Shown here: one piece after another, positions 1 through 9,229 of the stretch
How the letters are laid out: every line of letters starts with the position of its first letter
Position numbering within the stretch: position 1 is the stretch's first letter
Source of the DNA: Chloroflexota bacterium
GTDB taxonomy: Bacteria; Chloroflexota; Dehalococcoidia; Lucifugimonadales; UBA3495
Direction of reading: 5' to 3'
Assembly (NCBI GenBank): GCA_028874075.1
Contig: JAPPLU010000037.1
Span: 37,318-101,317 of the forward strand
Length of the DNA stretch: 64,000 nt
Program-made: the position numbers and the translations under genes
The notes under the pieces: generated by a model
The model's database searches: none
What the model was told of the DNA's origin: nothing
Seen by the model: only the letters and a program-made list of their open reading frames with translations

Positions 1-399
1 GGTGAGAATGAATACCAGGAAGTGCTGGGCGCTTTCGAGTTGATGAAGGCCTGGAATGGCGTCGACGGTCGCAAGCTGGGGCTGGTGGGCTACTCCTTTG
101 GAACCGGAGTTATCCTGGGGAGCAAGGACGTTCAGAAAAAGGCCAAGTCAATCGCCCTGGTATCGCCCAACATACGGGCCCTTTCGGATACTCCTCTAAA
201 GAAGGCCAAGACTCCTACCATGATCATCACCGGCAGCCGGGACAAGCTGGTAGAGGCCGAGAACCTGCAAGAAAATCTGGACGAATTCGAGAACGCGCCC
301 AAGTTTGAAGTTGTAAACGGAGCCGACCATTTCTGGGGCGGTATGGAACGTCAAGCGGCAGGGCCGGTGGCCGAGTTTTTTGCCGAGAGCCTGAAGTAG
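1..399 (+). CDS. alpha/beta hydrolase (dienelactone-hydrolase-like), C-terminal part; gene runs off the left edge
   Basis: Frame is open from nt 1 (GENEYQE precedes listed ORF 22..399). It has a GYSFG nucleophile elbow and a late GADHFW His, as in DLH-type alpha/beta hydrolases. Confidence 0.6.
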   Translation, partial: GENEYQEVLGAFELMKAWNGVDGRKLGLVGYSFGTGVILGSKDVQKKAKSIALVSPNIRALSDTPLKKAKTPTMIITGSRDKLVEAENLQENLDEFENAPKFEVVNGADHFWGGMERQAAGPVAEFFAESLK

Positions 400-406
400 C
401 CAACTA

Positions 407-1246
407 ATGGAGACCCCGGCCAATCGCGAAGCATGCCCTTCGGGTAACCCGCATATTGCAGCCGGTGGATCAGAGGAAGCTACGTCGACACAAACTGGCG
501 GCGAAAGCCTGGCGGAGGCTGGCCCACCTAGCGTTGACAGGACGGAGCCAACCGGGGAAGTCTCGGAATCGGGAAACAGTGGCCAGCCTACTGAAGCGCT
601 TCCCGAAGAAAGTAGCAGCGCAGTATTTCGTAAGCGCCCCATCTTCCTGGACTTTGACCTGCTGCAGTTGGCGGCAATTTTCTTCCTGCTGGACCAACTC
701 ACCAAGTTTCTGGTCCGGGCGTTTTTGCCCTTTGGGTCTTCTTATCCCGCCACCGGCTTTTTCCGATTCACCCATGCCGAAAACACGGGCAGCGCCTTTG
801 GCCTTTTCCAGGGGCATAACACCCCGCTGATCGTAATTTCCTTCGTCGGCATATTTGTGCTGGCGATGATCTATCAAAGCCAGCCCAGACCTACCAATCT
901 GCTCAGGCTGAGCCTGGGACTGCAGATTGGCGGCGCGCTGGGAAACCTGGTGGACCGCTTCCGGCTGGGAGCGGTGACGGACTTCATTGACGTGGGTCCC
1001 TGGCCCATTTTCAACCTGGCGGACTCTTCGATCATTTGCGGGCTATTGCTGCTGGGTTGGATAATCCTGCAGCCTGGGCGAAGAGCGGCCAACCCAGTTA
1101 CGGAAACTGTCAGAGACTACAGCCTGAAGCGGCGGGGCCGGTGCGCTCGCTGCGGTCGGTTTCATTCCGGCCGGCGGGCCGGTTGCCGCACATCTGGGTA
1201 CGTCGCAGGGGGCCGCCGGCTCTCGCGCAGGGCATTAAGACGGTAG
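407..1246 (+). CDS. lspA: lipoprotein signal peptidase (signal peptidase II)
   Basis: Core LLDQLTK...FRFTHAENTGSAFGLF...GGALGNLVDRFRLGAVTDFIDVG..PIFNLADSSI is the LspA signature including both catalytic Asp regions. The roughly 90-aa low-complexity N-terminus and the Arg-rich C-terminal tail are atypical, so start and end are uncertain. Confidence 0.85.
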   Translation: METPANREACPSGNPHIAAGGSEEATSTQTGGESLAEAGPPSVDRTEPTGEVSESGNSGQPTEALPEESSSAVFRKRPIFLDFDLLQLAAIFFLLDQLTKFLVRAFLPFGSSYPATGFFRFTHAENTGSAFGLFQGHNTPLIVISFVGIFVLAMIYQSQPRPTNLLRLSLGLQIGGALGNLVDRFRLGAVTDFIDVGPWPIFNLADSSIICGLLLLGWIILQPGRRAANPVTETVRDYSLKRRGRCARCGRFHSGRRAGCRTSGYVAGGRRLSRRALRR

Positions 1247-1255
1247 TGTTTCAAG

Positions 1256-2185
1256 ATGCAGAAGGATCTGGAAACCAGGGTGAAGGAGTTCATCGCGTCG
1301 GGGGACAGTGCCCGGCTGGACCGATTCCTTTCCGAGCGGGAAAGGGATATGACCCGCAGCCGCCTTCATTCGCTGATCAGCGAAGGCTGGGTGAGCATAA
1401 ACGGGCAGCAGGCAAGGCCGGCCCAGCGTGTGAAGGGCGGCGACCGTGTTGTGATGACGATACCGCCGATCAGGGAATATGACGTCTCGCCCCAGTCCAT
1501 ACCCGTGAACCTGGTGTACCAGGACTCCGAAATTGTGGTAGTGGACAAGCCCGCCGGCCTCTCGGTTCACCCTGGTCCGGGCCATCCGGATGGGACGCTG
1601 GTGAATGCCCTGCTGGCGCGCTGTCCTGACATCCAGGGCGTTGGGGGGATCCACCGCCCGGGCATAGTGCACCGGCTGGACAAGGACACATCCGGCCTTA
1701 TGGTGGTAGCCAAGACGGAGAGGGCGCACCAGAGTCTTTCGGGTCAAATAAAAGAACGGGAAATCCGGAAGGGCTACCTCGGACTTACCGTAGGAATGCC
1801 GCCGCAAGATAAGGGTACGGTGGATGTCCCGATAGCCCGAGACCCAAGGCACCGCCAGCGCATGGCCGTTGTCCTGGGCGGCCGGGAATCTCGTACTCAC
1901 TATAGGGTGTTGGAAGAGCTGAGGGGCCACGCCCTGCTGGAACTGGACCTGGAGACGGGCCGGACCCACCAAATCCGGGTGCACCTGGCCTACCTGGGTT
2001 ACCCCCTATTTGGAGACGGGGTCTACGGCAAGCGAAGCCCCGACCTGGCCCGGCATTTTCTCCACGCGAATGCGCTGGGCTTCAGGCATCCCCGTTCGGG
2101 CAAGGATGTTTCTTTCAAGTCAGATTTGCCCACGGAATTGCAGCAGGTATTGACGGCCCTGAGGCAATGTCAGGCGGACGTTTAA
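1256..2185 (+). CDS. rluD: RluA/RluD-family 23S rRNA pseudouridine synthase
   Basis: N-terminal S4-like RLDRFLSE...SRSRLHSLI and the catalytic motif HRLDKDTSGLMVVAKT. It sits in the conserved lspA-rluD neighbourhood. Confidence 0.9.
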   Translation: MQKDLETRVKEFIASGDSARLDRFLSERERDMTRSRLHSLISEGWVSINGQQARPAQRVKGGDRVVMTIPPIREYDVSPQSIPVNLVYQDSEIVVVDKPAGLSVHPGPGHPDGTLVNALLARCPDIQGVGGIHRPGIVHRLDKDTSGLMVVAKTERAHQSLSGQIKEREIRKGYLGLTVGMPPQDKGTVDVPIARDPRHRQRMAVVLGGRESRTHYRVLEELRGHALLELDLETGRTHQIRVHLAYLGYPLFGDGVYGKRSPDLARHFLHANALGFRHPRSGKDVSFKSDLPTELQQVLTALRQCQADV

Positions 2186-2313
2186 CGCGCCGGAAAAGGG
2201 GTGCGCTTGAATTTTCGCCTAACTAGTCACTCTAAACCCGTAATATGTACCGTGCTAGAATATGCTGGATGCGCCGCCGGCGTAAGAACTACGTACCTGA
2301 GGAAGCGACCTGA

Positions 2314-4029
2314 ATGACATCCCCGGAAAGCACTTCGGAAAGCACTTCAACTGACTTCATCCGGGCCATCGTGCAAGATGACCTGGAATCCAACAAGTAT
2401 GACGGAAGGGTGGTAACCCGCTTTCCCCCCGAACCCAACGGTTACCTTCACATCGGTCACGCCAAGTCAATCTGTCTTAACTTCGGCGTGGCTTCGGAAT
2501 ATGATGGTGGCGTGTGCCACTTGCGCTTCGATGACACTAACCCGTTGCGTGAGGACATAGAGTACATTAATTCCATCCAGGAGGACGTACGCTGGCTGGG
2601 CTTCGATTGGGGGTCTCACCTTTACTATGCTTCGGACTATTTCGACGCGCTCTACAGCTTTGCCGAGCAGCTTATTCTGGACGGCCGGGCCTACGTGGAC
2701 AGCCTGTCTGCGGACGAAATACGTGATTATCGTGGTACGCTGACGGAGCCCGGGCGGGAAAGCCCTTACCGTAACCGGTCGGCGGAGGAAAACCTGGACC
2801 TGTTTCGGCGGATGAGGGACGGCGAATTTGAGGACGGCGCTCATGTACTGAGGACCAAGATAGACATGGAGTCGCCCAACCTGAACATGCGCGATCCCAC
2901 GATCTACCGGATCAGGCGTGCCACCCACCATCGTACAGGCGACAAATGGTGCATCTATCCGATGTACGACTACGCCCATGCTCTGTCCGATTCAATTGAA
3001 AACATCACCCATTCCCTATGTACCCTGGAGTTTGAGGACCACCGCCCCCTGTATGACTGGACGCTGGAAGCGCTGGACGTCTACCGTTCGCAGCAAATCG
3101 AGTTTGCCCGACTCAACCTGACCAATACGGTAATGAGTAAGCGCCGCTTGCTGCAGCTGGTGGAGGGTGGCTACGTGTCCGGTTGGGACGATCCCAGGAT
3201 GCCAACCATCAGCGGGCTGCGTCGTCGGGGCTATACTCCGGAGGCCATACGCACCTTTTGCGAGCACGTGGGCATTTCCAAACGGGACACGGTGGTGAAC
3301 ATGGCCCTGCTGGAGCACTGCATACGTGAAGACCTGAATCTGCACGCGCCCAGGGTTATGGCGGTTTTGAATCCTCTGAAAGTGGTCATCGACAATTTCC
3401 CTGAAGGCGAGGTTCTTGAGTTCGACGCTGTGAACAACCCGGAGGACCCGTCAATGGGGTCGCGCAAGGTGCCCTTTTCCCGTGAGGTCTATATTGAAAG
3501 GGATGATTTCCGCGAGGACCCTCCGTCGCGTTTCTTCCGCTTGGCCCCGGGCCGGGAGGTCCGGCTGCGATATGCCTGCTATATCACGTGCCAGGAAGTG
3601 GTGAAAGACCCAGAGACAGGCGAGGTAATAGAACTTCACTGCACCTATGATCCGGAGTCGGTAGGCGGTTCGACGCCTGACGGAAGGCGAGTACGGGGCA
3701 CCCTGCACTGGGTTTCAGCCCGCCACGCCCTGCAGGCTGAAGTGCGCCTGTACGATTACCTTTTGCGGGATGCGGACGAAGGGGATGAAGACAGCCGGGA
3801 CTTTATCTCGCTGCTAAACCCGGACTCGCTTCAGACTCTTATTGATTGCAAGGTGGAGCCGGGATTGGCAGACGCGGAGTTGGGAAGCCGGTACCAATTC
3901 GAGCGGCAGGGTTATTTTTGTGTTGACACCAGGGATTCCGGACCGGGGGCTCCGGTATTTAACCGTACCGTTTCTTTACGGGATTCCTGGGCCAGGATTG
4001 AGCAATCGCAGTCCCGCGGGGGAAGCTAA
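2314..4029 (+). CDS. glnS: glutamine--tRNA ligase
   Basis: Class I HIGH motif ([14 protein letters not shown]) and KMSKS variant (VMSKRRL). Length of about 570 aa and a C-terminal anticodon-binding beta-barrel region are typical of GlnRS. Confidence 0.92.
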   Translation: MTSPESTSESTSTDFIRAIVQDDLESNKYDGRVVTRFPPEPNGYLHIGHAKSICLNFGVASEYDGGVCHLRFDDTNPLREDIEYINSIQEDVRWLGFDWGSHLYYASDYFDALYSFAEQLILDGRAYVDSLSADEIRDYRGTLTEPGRESPYRNRSAEENLDLFRRMRDGEFEDGAHVLRTKIDMESPNLNMRDPTIYRIRRATHHRTGDKWCIYPMYDYAHALSDSIENITHSLCTLEFEDHRPLYDWTLEALDVYRSQQIEFARLNLTNTVMSKRRLLQLVEGGYVSGWDDPRMPTISGLRRRGYTPEAIRTFCEHVGISKRDTVVNMALLEHCIREDLNLHAPRVMAVLNPLKVVIDNFPEGEVLEFDAVNNPEDPSMGSRKVPFSREVYIERDDFREDPPSRFFRLAPGREVRLRYACYITCQEVVKDPETGEVIELHCTYDPESVGGSTPDGRRVRGTLHWVSARHALQAEVRLYDYLLRDADEGDEDSRDFISLLNPDSLQTLIDCKVEPGLADAELGSRYQFERQGYFCVDTRDSGPGAPVFNRTVSLRDSWARIEQSQSRGGS

Positions 4030-4134
4030 CGGCGTCCAGAGCATTGGAAAAGGCAAGGTCGGCGATTCCGGGGCAGGATAGAATCCGTTTCCCGTTCAGA
4101 TGGTCGACAGCCCAGGCGCTCCAGGAGGATAGTT

Positions 4135-5619
4135 TTGGCCAATGAAGTCCGTGTAAGGTATGCCCCTAGTCCCACGGGAATGCCCCATATTGGCAATATA
4201 CGCACGGCCATGTTCAACTGGCTCTTTGCCCGCCACCACGGGGGCAAGTTCGTTGTCAGGATTGAAGACACGGACCAGGAGCGGCTGGTGCCCGGCGCAG
4301 TGGACGGAATCCTGGACGGCCTGGAATGGCTGGACATCGACTGGGACGAGGGTCCCAGGGTGGGCGGCGATTTCGGCTCCTACTTCCAGTCTGAGCGCCT
4401 GCCCCTTTACCACGCAGAGGCAGAACGGCTGATTGCCCAGGGCGACGCCTACCGCTGCTACTGTACGCGGGAACGCCTGGTCGAACTTCGGTCCCGGCAG
4501 GAGCGGGACAAGGTGGCCCTGGGTTACGACGGGCGCTGCAAGCACCTGGGCGGCGGGGAACGTCGCATCCTGGAAGACGAGGGCGCGCCCTACGTGGTGC
4601 GATTCGCCATGCCGGACAGCGGGATAACTCACCTTCACGACCTCATACGCGACGACGTGGAGTGGCAAAACGAACTGGTGGACGACTTTGTCCTCCTGAA
4701 GTCCGACGGCTTTCCCACCTATCACCTGGCGGTGGTGACCGACGACCATTTCATGGAGATTAGTCACGTGCTAAGGGCCGAGGAGTGGCTGTCCAGCGCT
4801 CCCCGCCACCTGCAACTGTACCGGGCGCTGGGCTACGAACCACCCGAACACGGCCACCTGCCCATGATCCTGGGTCCCGACCGGGCGAAACTGTCCAAGC
4901 GCCACGGCGCCACGTCCATTTTGGAATACAGGGACGATGGCTTTTTGCCCGAAGCTCTGCGCAATTTCATGGTGCTTCTGGGCTGGTCGCTGGACGACAA
5001 GACCGAAGTTATGCCCATAGAGACCATTACCGAGAACTTTACCCTAGACCGGGTGGGCAAGCCGGCCGCCATTTTCGACCGGGAGAAACTTTCCTGGATG
5101 AACGGCGTCTACATTCGCGAAATGACGGCTGAGGCTCTGGCAGATGCCATGCTCCCCTTCCTGGAGCAGGGACTGCCGTCCAACCTGCTGCCGGTGGACC
5201 GAGAATACCTGCTCAGCATTGTGCCCCTGGTTCAGGAAAGAATAAAGGTGCTCACTGAAGCGCCGGAGATGGTTTCCTACTTTTTGGAAGAGCAACCCGT
5301 ATACGACTCCGCCAACCTGGTGCAGCGCGGTATGACAGAGGAAGAGACGGTTCGGGCCCTGGAGAGATCAATCCTGGCCCTTGGCGACTGCGATTTCAGC
5401 ACCGAAGCGCTTGAAGGACTGCTGCGGTCCCTGGGGGAGGAACTGGAACTTACGCCACGCCGGTTCTTTGGTACATTGCGCTGGGCGGCCACGGGGCGCA
5501 ACGTATCGCCGCCGCTCTTTGAGACGCTGGAGGTACTGGGAAGGGAGCGCGTAGGGCCCAGACTGCAGTGGGCGCTGGACAGTCTTTCAGGTAAAGAACG
5601 TATCGGCAGCGGAGTTTAG
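4135..5619 (+). CDS. gltX: glutamate--tRNA ligase
   Basis: RYAPSPTGMPHIGNIRTA (HIGH) and KLSKRHG (KMSKS); 494 aa, bacterial GluRS architecture. Confidence 0.92.
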   Translation: MANEVRVRYAPSPTGMPHIGNIRTAMFNWLFARHHGGKFVVRIEDTDQERLVPGAVDGILDGLEWLDIDWDEGPRVGGDFGSYFQSERLPLYHAEAERLIAQGDAYRCYCTRERLVELRSRQERDKVALGYDGRCKHLGGGERRILEDEGAPYVVRFAMPDSGITHLHDLIRDDVEWQNELVDDFVLLKSDGFPTYHLAVVTDDHFMEISHVLRAEEWLSSAPRHLQLYRALGYEPPEHGHLPMILGPDRAKLSKRHGATSILEYRDDGFLPEALRNFMVLLGWSLDDKTEVMPIETITENFTLDRVGKPAAIFDREKLSWMNGVYIREMTAEALADAMLPFLEQGLPSNLLPVDREYLLSIVPLVQERIKVLTEAPEMVSYFLEEQPVYDSANLVQRGMTEEETVRALERSILALGDCDFSTEALEGLLRSLGEELELTPRRFFGTLRWAATGRNVSPPLFETLEVLGRERVGPRLQWALDSLSGKERIGSGV

Positions 5620-5709
5620 CCGGTCGGACACCACACCTTTTCCACTTGGCGGCAGGATGGGCCCCTCCCAGTTGTATAACCACCAGGCGGAGTAAGTAAG
5701 CAGGGATAG

Positions 5710-5756
5710 AAAAAAGTTGCCGTGCCAACCTAGAGGCTGGCGCGGCAATTTTGCTT
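5710..5756. terminator. bidirectional intrinsic terminator between gltX (+) and the LigB-like gene (-)
   Basis: 10-bp stem ttgccgtgcc (5717-5726) / ggcgcggcaa (5739-5748). An A-run lies upstream (5710-5715) and a T-run downstream (5749-5752). Confidence 0.55.
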
Positions 5757-5779
5757 CATCTGGTTCGATTGGTGGCCGT

Positions 5780-6751
5780 TCAGTTCCAGACTGCCGCCAC
5801 CCGGTAGGCCAACTGGGTGTGGGACTCGCGGACATCTACGATTTCCGCGGGCGTGTCGCCCAGTATGCCCAGGGCAATAATCCAGTTGAGAATTTCGTGA
5901 TCCCCCGACTCTTGTAACTCTTCAGGTGTAAGCTCGGCCAGTTTGTGGCCCTGGCCAGTGCGCAACCATTCCAGATTCCGGCGGTCGGTCTCGATATCGA
6001 TGGCACAACACCGGAACTTGTGGGCCAGGAAGCTGTGCGACCAGCTGGATGATGCTACCACAGCCACCCTTTCGTCCCTGGTATCCAGGAACCTGCGGAT
6101 GCCCTGGCCCAGCTCGTAGCACCGCTTTGGTGTCGGACGCGGCGGATAGTCCGGCCCCGCTTCTTCACCATAGCAGTTGACGAACAGCGGCAGCAGTGGG
6201 AACTTTCCGTCCGGGTCAAGGAAGACCAGCGGGTTAATGATCGCGTGGGCCAGGCCCCATTCCCAACCCTTGAGTTCGCTGGACGATGACATATCGAAGC
6301 CGTCGCGAATCAGGAAGTTGCGCATATCCCGGGAGAAGTCCTTGGGACATTGGAAAGTGAACTTCGTTTCCGGCGCCGCGTTCCAAAGGTTGGTTCGGGC
6401 AGCGGCGCGTTGGAAGGGATAGCCGTCCACCTCTGCGCCGGTGTAAAGGCAGAAGGGAGGCAGGTTGTCCTGCCTGAAGTTCTCCGCCTGATCGTCGCCA
6501 ATGATCATCAGAACATCCGGCTCCCATTCGTGAAGACGGTCGCGCAAAATGTGAAACGCTGCTACCACCTTCTTCTGGTCGTCAATGTCCTGGCTAAGCC
6601 CGTTGTCCTGCCCCAATTCCTCCAGCAATTGGGCCGGCGCTTCGTAGTCGGGTATTCGGGCGAAGACTCGTTCCCTTCCCCTGGCCCACACTTCGGGAGG
6701 AGTCAGAATGATGGGCCCGTGAGAGCAGCCCAGCCCCAGCAATTCAGCCAT
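5780..6751 (-). CDS. class III extradiol ring-cleavage dioxygenase family (LigB-like)
   Basis: N-terminal LGCSHGP, IIGDDQAENF, a later SSSWSH and a C-terminal GDHEILNW resemble the LigB/PCA-4,5-dioxygenase-type catalytic subunit pattern. Substrate unknown. Confidence 0.55.
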   Translation of the reverse strand: MAELLGLGCSHGPIILTPPEVWARGRERVFARIPDYEAPAQLLEELGQDNGLSQDIDDQKKVVAAFHILRDRLHEWEPDVLMIIGDDQAENFRQDNLPPFCLYTGAEVDGYPFQRAAARTNLWNAAPETKFTFQCPKDFSRDMRNFLIRDGFDMSSSSELKGWEWGLAHAIINPLVFLDPDGKFPLLPLFVNCYGEEAGPDYPPRPTPKRCYELGQGIRRFLDTRDERVAVVASSSWSHSFLAHKFRCCAIDIETDRRNLEWLRTGQGHKLAELTPEELQESGDHEILNWIIALGILGDTPAEIVDVRESHTQLAYRVAAVWN

Positions 6752-6961
6752 GTTGTCCTCCGGTCAGACGTAACAATGCAATACCTTGCTTCTCCGCAAT
6801 TGTAGGTACGCCGGAAAGGAAGTGTCAATTTTGCATTATGTTTGTGGGGTTATAGCAGAAACCCTCCGAGAAGGAACCTGTAGGGTGTTGAATACGTAGC
6901 ATGTCTTTGATGATTGTCGCCGTCGGCCCATTGCGGGCCGGCATTTCCAAAGCCTTTAGCC

Positions 6962-7780
6962 TTAGTCTTCAATCAATAGGCCGCAGTGTGGGCAATAGCG
7001 CGCTTCCTGGTTCCTCTTTTGAATTTCGTCCAAGAATCCTGAGCCAAGGATGCCTGCCGGCAACGCAAACATGCCGATGCCCATCACTGCAATGATGCCG
7101 GCCATGACCTTGCCCAGGGGCGTTACCGGCGATACGTCGCCGTATCCGACGGTGGTCAGGGTGATGATGCTCCACCACATGGCCTCGGGAATGCTGGCGA
7201 AGGCATCGGGTTGAGCACGGTGTTCCGCATAGAACATCATCGACGAAGCCAGCACAAGCATTACGGCCAGGACTATCACGACCGTTGCAAGCTCCATCGC
7301 CTTGCTCTGTAGCACCTTGCCAAGGGTACGGATGCCCTCAAAATAGCGACCCAGCCGGGCGGCCCATGCCAGCAAACGCAACGCTCTCAGACTTCTCAGA
7401 TCCTCCAGCCCAAGGAAGGGGAGGAAGAAGGGCAGCAAGGCCAGCAGGTCTATTATCAGCAAAGGAGTGAAAGCGAAACGCAGGCGGCCAAAGAATGGGT
7501 GGGAGTAATGAGGCTCGGAGGTGCATGACCAGATGCGAAGGAGGTACTCCACCGTAAAGATTATCATTGAGGCAATTTCCAGGATCGGGAAGAACCAGGG
7601 AGCCGCGTTATAGACGGAGTCGACAGTCTCCAGAATTTGGGCGGCCGTATTGACAATGATCAGAGTAATGATGAAATAGTCGATCGCCCGGTCCAGGCGA
7701 TCACCCGACTGGCCGACCTCAAGCAGTTCGTGGACTTTGTTTCGGATTCTTTCCAGGGAATTGATAAAGTCACCCCCCAA
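6962..7780 (-). CDS. voltage-gated-type potassium channel (6-TM ion transport family)
   Basis: K+ selectivity filter TLTTVGYGDVSP and an S4-like Arg repeat LRSLRALRLLAWAARLGRY. The only in-frame start is TTG at 7780 with a weak RBS, so the start is uncertain. Confidence 0.85.
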   Translation of the reverse strand: MGGDFINSLERIRNKVHELLEVGQSGDRLDRAIDYFIITLIIVNTAAQILETVDSVYNAAPWFFPILEIASMIIFTVEYLLRIWSCTSEPHYSHPFFGRLRFAFTPLLIIDLLALLPFFLPFLGLEDLRSLRALRLLAWAARLGRYFEGIRTLGKVLQSKAMELATVVIVLAVMLVLASSMMFYAEHRAQPDAFASIPEAMWWSIITLTTVGYGDVSPVTPLGKVMAGIIAVMGIGMFALPAGILGSGFLDEIQKRNQEARYCPHCGLLIED

Positions 7781-7863
7781 TTCCCAAATTATTTTTTAGC
7801 CTCAGGTGGCGATGTGTTTAGAATGAAAGAGCAGACTGGCTGCCAAGAAGATGAAGATTTTTC

Positions 7864-7889
7864 CAAATTTCAAACTTTTTTGAAATTTG
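7864..7889. promoter_or_regulatory. perfect 11-bp inverted repeat (caaatttcaaa-cttt-tttgaaatttg) abutting a TTGACA box
   Basis: Read directly. The arms are 7864-7874 and 7879-7889, and TTGACA is at 7892-7897. It lies in the 450-nt divergent region between the K+ channel gene and the MBL gene. Confidence 0.4.
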
Positions 7890-8231
7890 CCTTGACAACC
7901 CCTAATGGGGCGCCTCTTAACCTGTTACTCGTGGGGTAATTTCGCCTGAAACCGTTGGACTGATCCTTCCCGGTCGGGTGCGGCATTTTTCTTAGAGACC
8001 CGATTGCCTCTATTGTTGAATCTACCTGCTCTCCGGCGAGGCAACAGGTTCCGCCAACTGAGGCTGACTGGCTTACCCCGTTGAGGGGACCGGCTGCTAG
8101 TTCAATTGCCAGGAATCTTGCTCAGCCCGAGTGCTAATGGCTAAGGCAGCAGGAATAGTAGCTGAATTCTTGTGGGAAGGCATTGGTGAAAAGGTACGGT
8201 TTGGACGGACTTTTGGAGGTGAGGTGGGTAT

Positions 8232-9080
8232 ATGGGTTTAACGAAAGCAAACATTCTTTGCGATGGGACCTTCAAAGTGGACGGCGGTGCGCTGTACGGC
8301 CAATTGGCCAAGATGGTCTGGGAAACGATGACTCCCACCGACCGCAAGAATCGGGTGACGCTGGGCCTTAACTGCTGGCTGCTGCGCATCGCCGACAAAT
8401 GGATCCTGGTGGATACCGGGGTGGGGAGCAACCACGACGAGAAAGATCGAGATCACTACGGCCTGGGTACCAACCGCCTGTTCAAGGAACTTAAACTGGC
8501 AAACCTGACGCCAAAGGACATAGACATCGTTGTTCTGACCCACATGCAGTTTGAGCACAGCGGCGGCGCCACCCGAATGGACCGGACCGGGGCCATTGTC
8601 CCTACCTTTACAAGGGCAACCTACATGGTGCAGCGGTCGTCCTGGGAAGAAGCCCTGAACCCCAGCGAACGGGGCAGGTTCGCCTACCGGGCGGATCACT
8701 TCATGCCGGTAGCAGAACGCGGGCAACTGGAACTATTGGATGGAGATACCGAAATACTGCCCGGACTGCAGGTAATTGAGTGCGACGGGCCGGCCGTGGG
8801 GCACCAACTGGTCCTCTTCAATCATGGTGGCGAACGCCTGGTCATCCTGGGGGACCTGGTGCCAACTCCCTTTCACCTTAACCTGCCGGTGATATCCGCA
8901 TTCGACTACTCGCCACAGAATTCCCTTGAGCAAAAGCGAGGAATCCTGACGGACGCCGAAAAGTATGGGTGGCTGCTGGGGTTCTCCCACGGGCATGATG
9001 TCAAAAGTGGATACTTGGAAAGGCGGGGCGAGATGGTGTACGTCACGCCGGTAGACCTGACCGTAGGGAGTCGCGGCTAG
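8232..9080 (+). CDS. MBL-fold metallo-hydrolase (lactonase-like)
   Basis: WILVDTGVG...VVLTHMQFEHSGG (a variant of HxHxDH reading H-M-Q-F-E-H), later His/Asp ligands (GHQLV..GD, SHGH). RBS GGAGGTGAGG lies upstream. Confidence 0.8.
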   Translation: MGLTKANILCDGTFKVDGGALYGQLAKMVWETMTPTDRKNRVTLGLNCWLLRIADKWILVDTGVGSNHDEKDRDHYGLGTNRLFKELKLANLTPKDIDIVVLTHMQFEHSGGATRMDRTGAIVPTFTRATYMVQRSSWEEALNPSERGRFAYRADHFMPVAERGQLELLDGDTEILPGLQVIECDGPAVGHQLVLFNHGGERLVILGDLVPTPFHLNLPVISAFDYSPQNSLEQKRGILTDAEKYGWLLGFSHGHDVKSGYLERRGEMVYVTPVDLTVGSRG

Positions 9081-9132
9081 AATGAACTTTTCATAGCAGT
9101 GTATTCTTAAGATACCGGTACCTGTTTGTTGT

Positions 9133-9166
9133 TGGCCCCGCCAAACCGGCGGGGCCAGCTTTCGTT
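9133..9166 (+). terminator. intrinsic terminator after the MBL gene
   Basis: 10-bp GC stem tggccccgcc / ggcggggcca with loop aaacc, followed by gctttcgtt. Confidence 0.55.
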
Positions 9167-9229
9167 AGAGATTCAATTTCCAAACGTCAATGGAATGTCG
9201 TTGAACGCCGCATTTCCGGTGGACATAAC

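Noticed and set aside
1080-1246. The Arg-rich C-terminal tail of the lspA ORF (..RRGRCARCGRFHSGRRAGCRTSGYVAGGRRLSRRALRR) as a separate feature or a frameshift.
   Set aside because: The LspA catalytic core is complete before this tail, and no alternative frame gives a better product. It is probably just a late natural stop, or a tail of no recognisable function.
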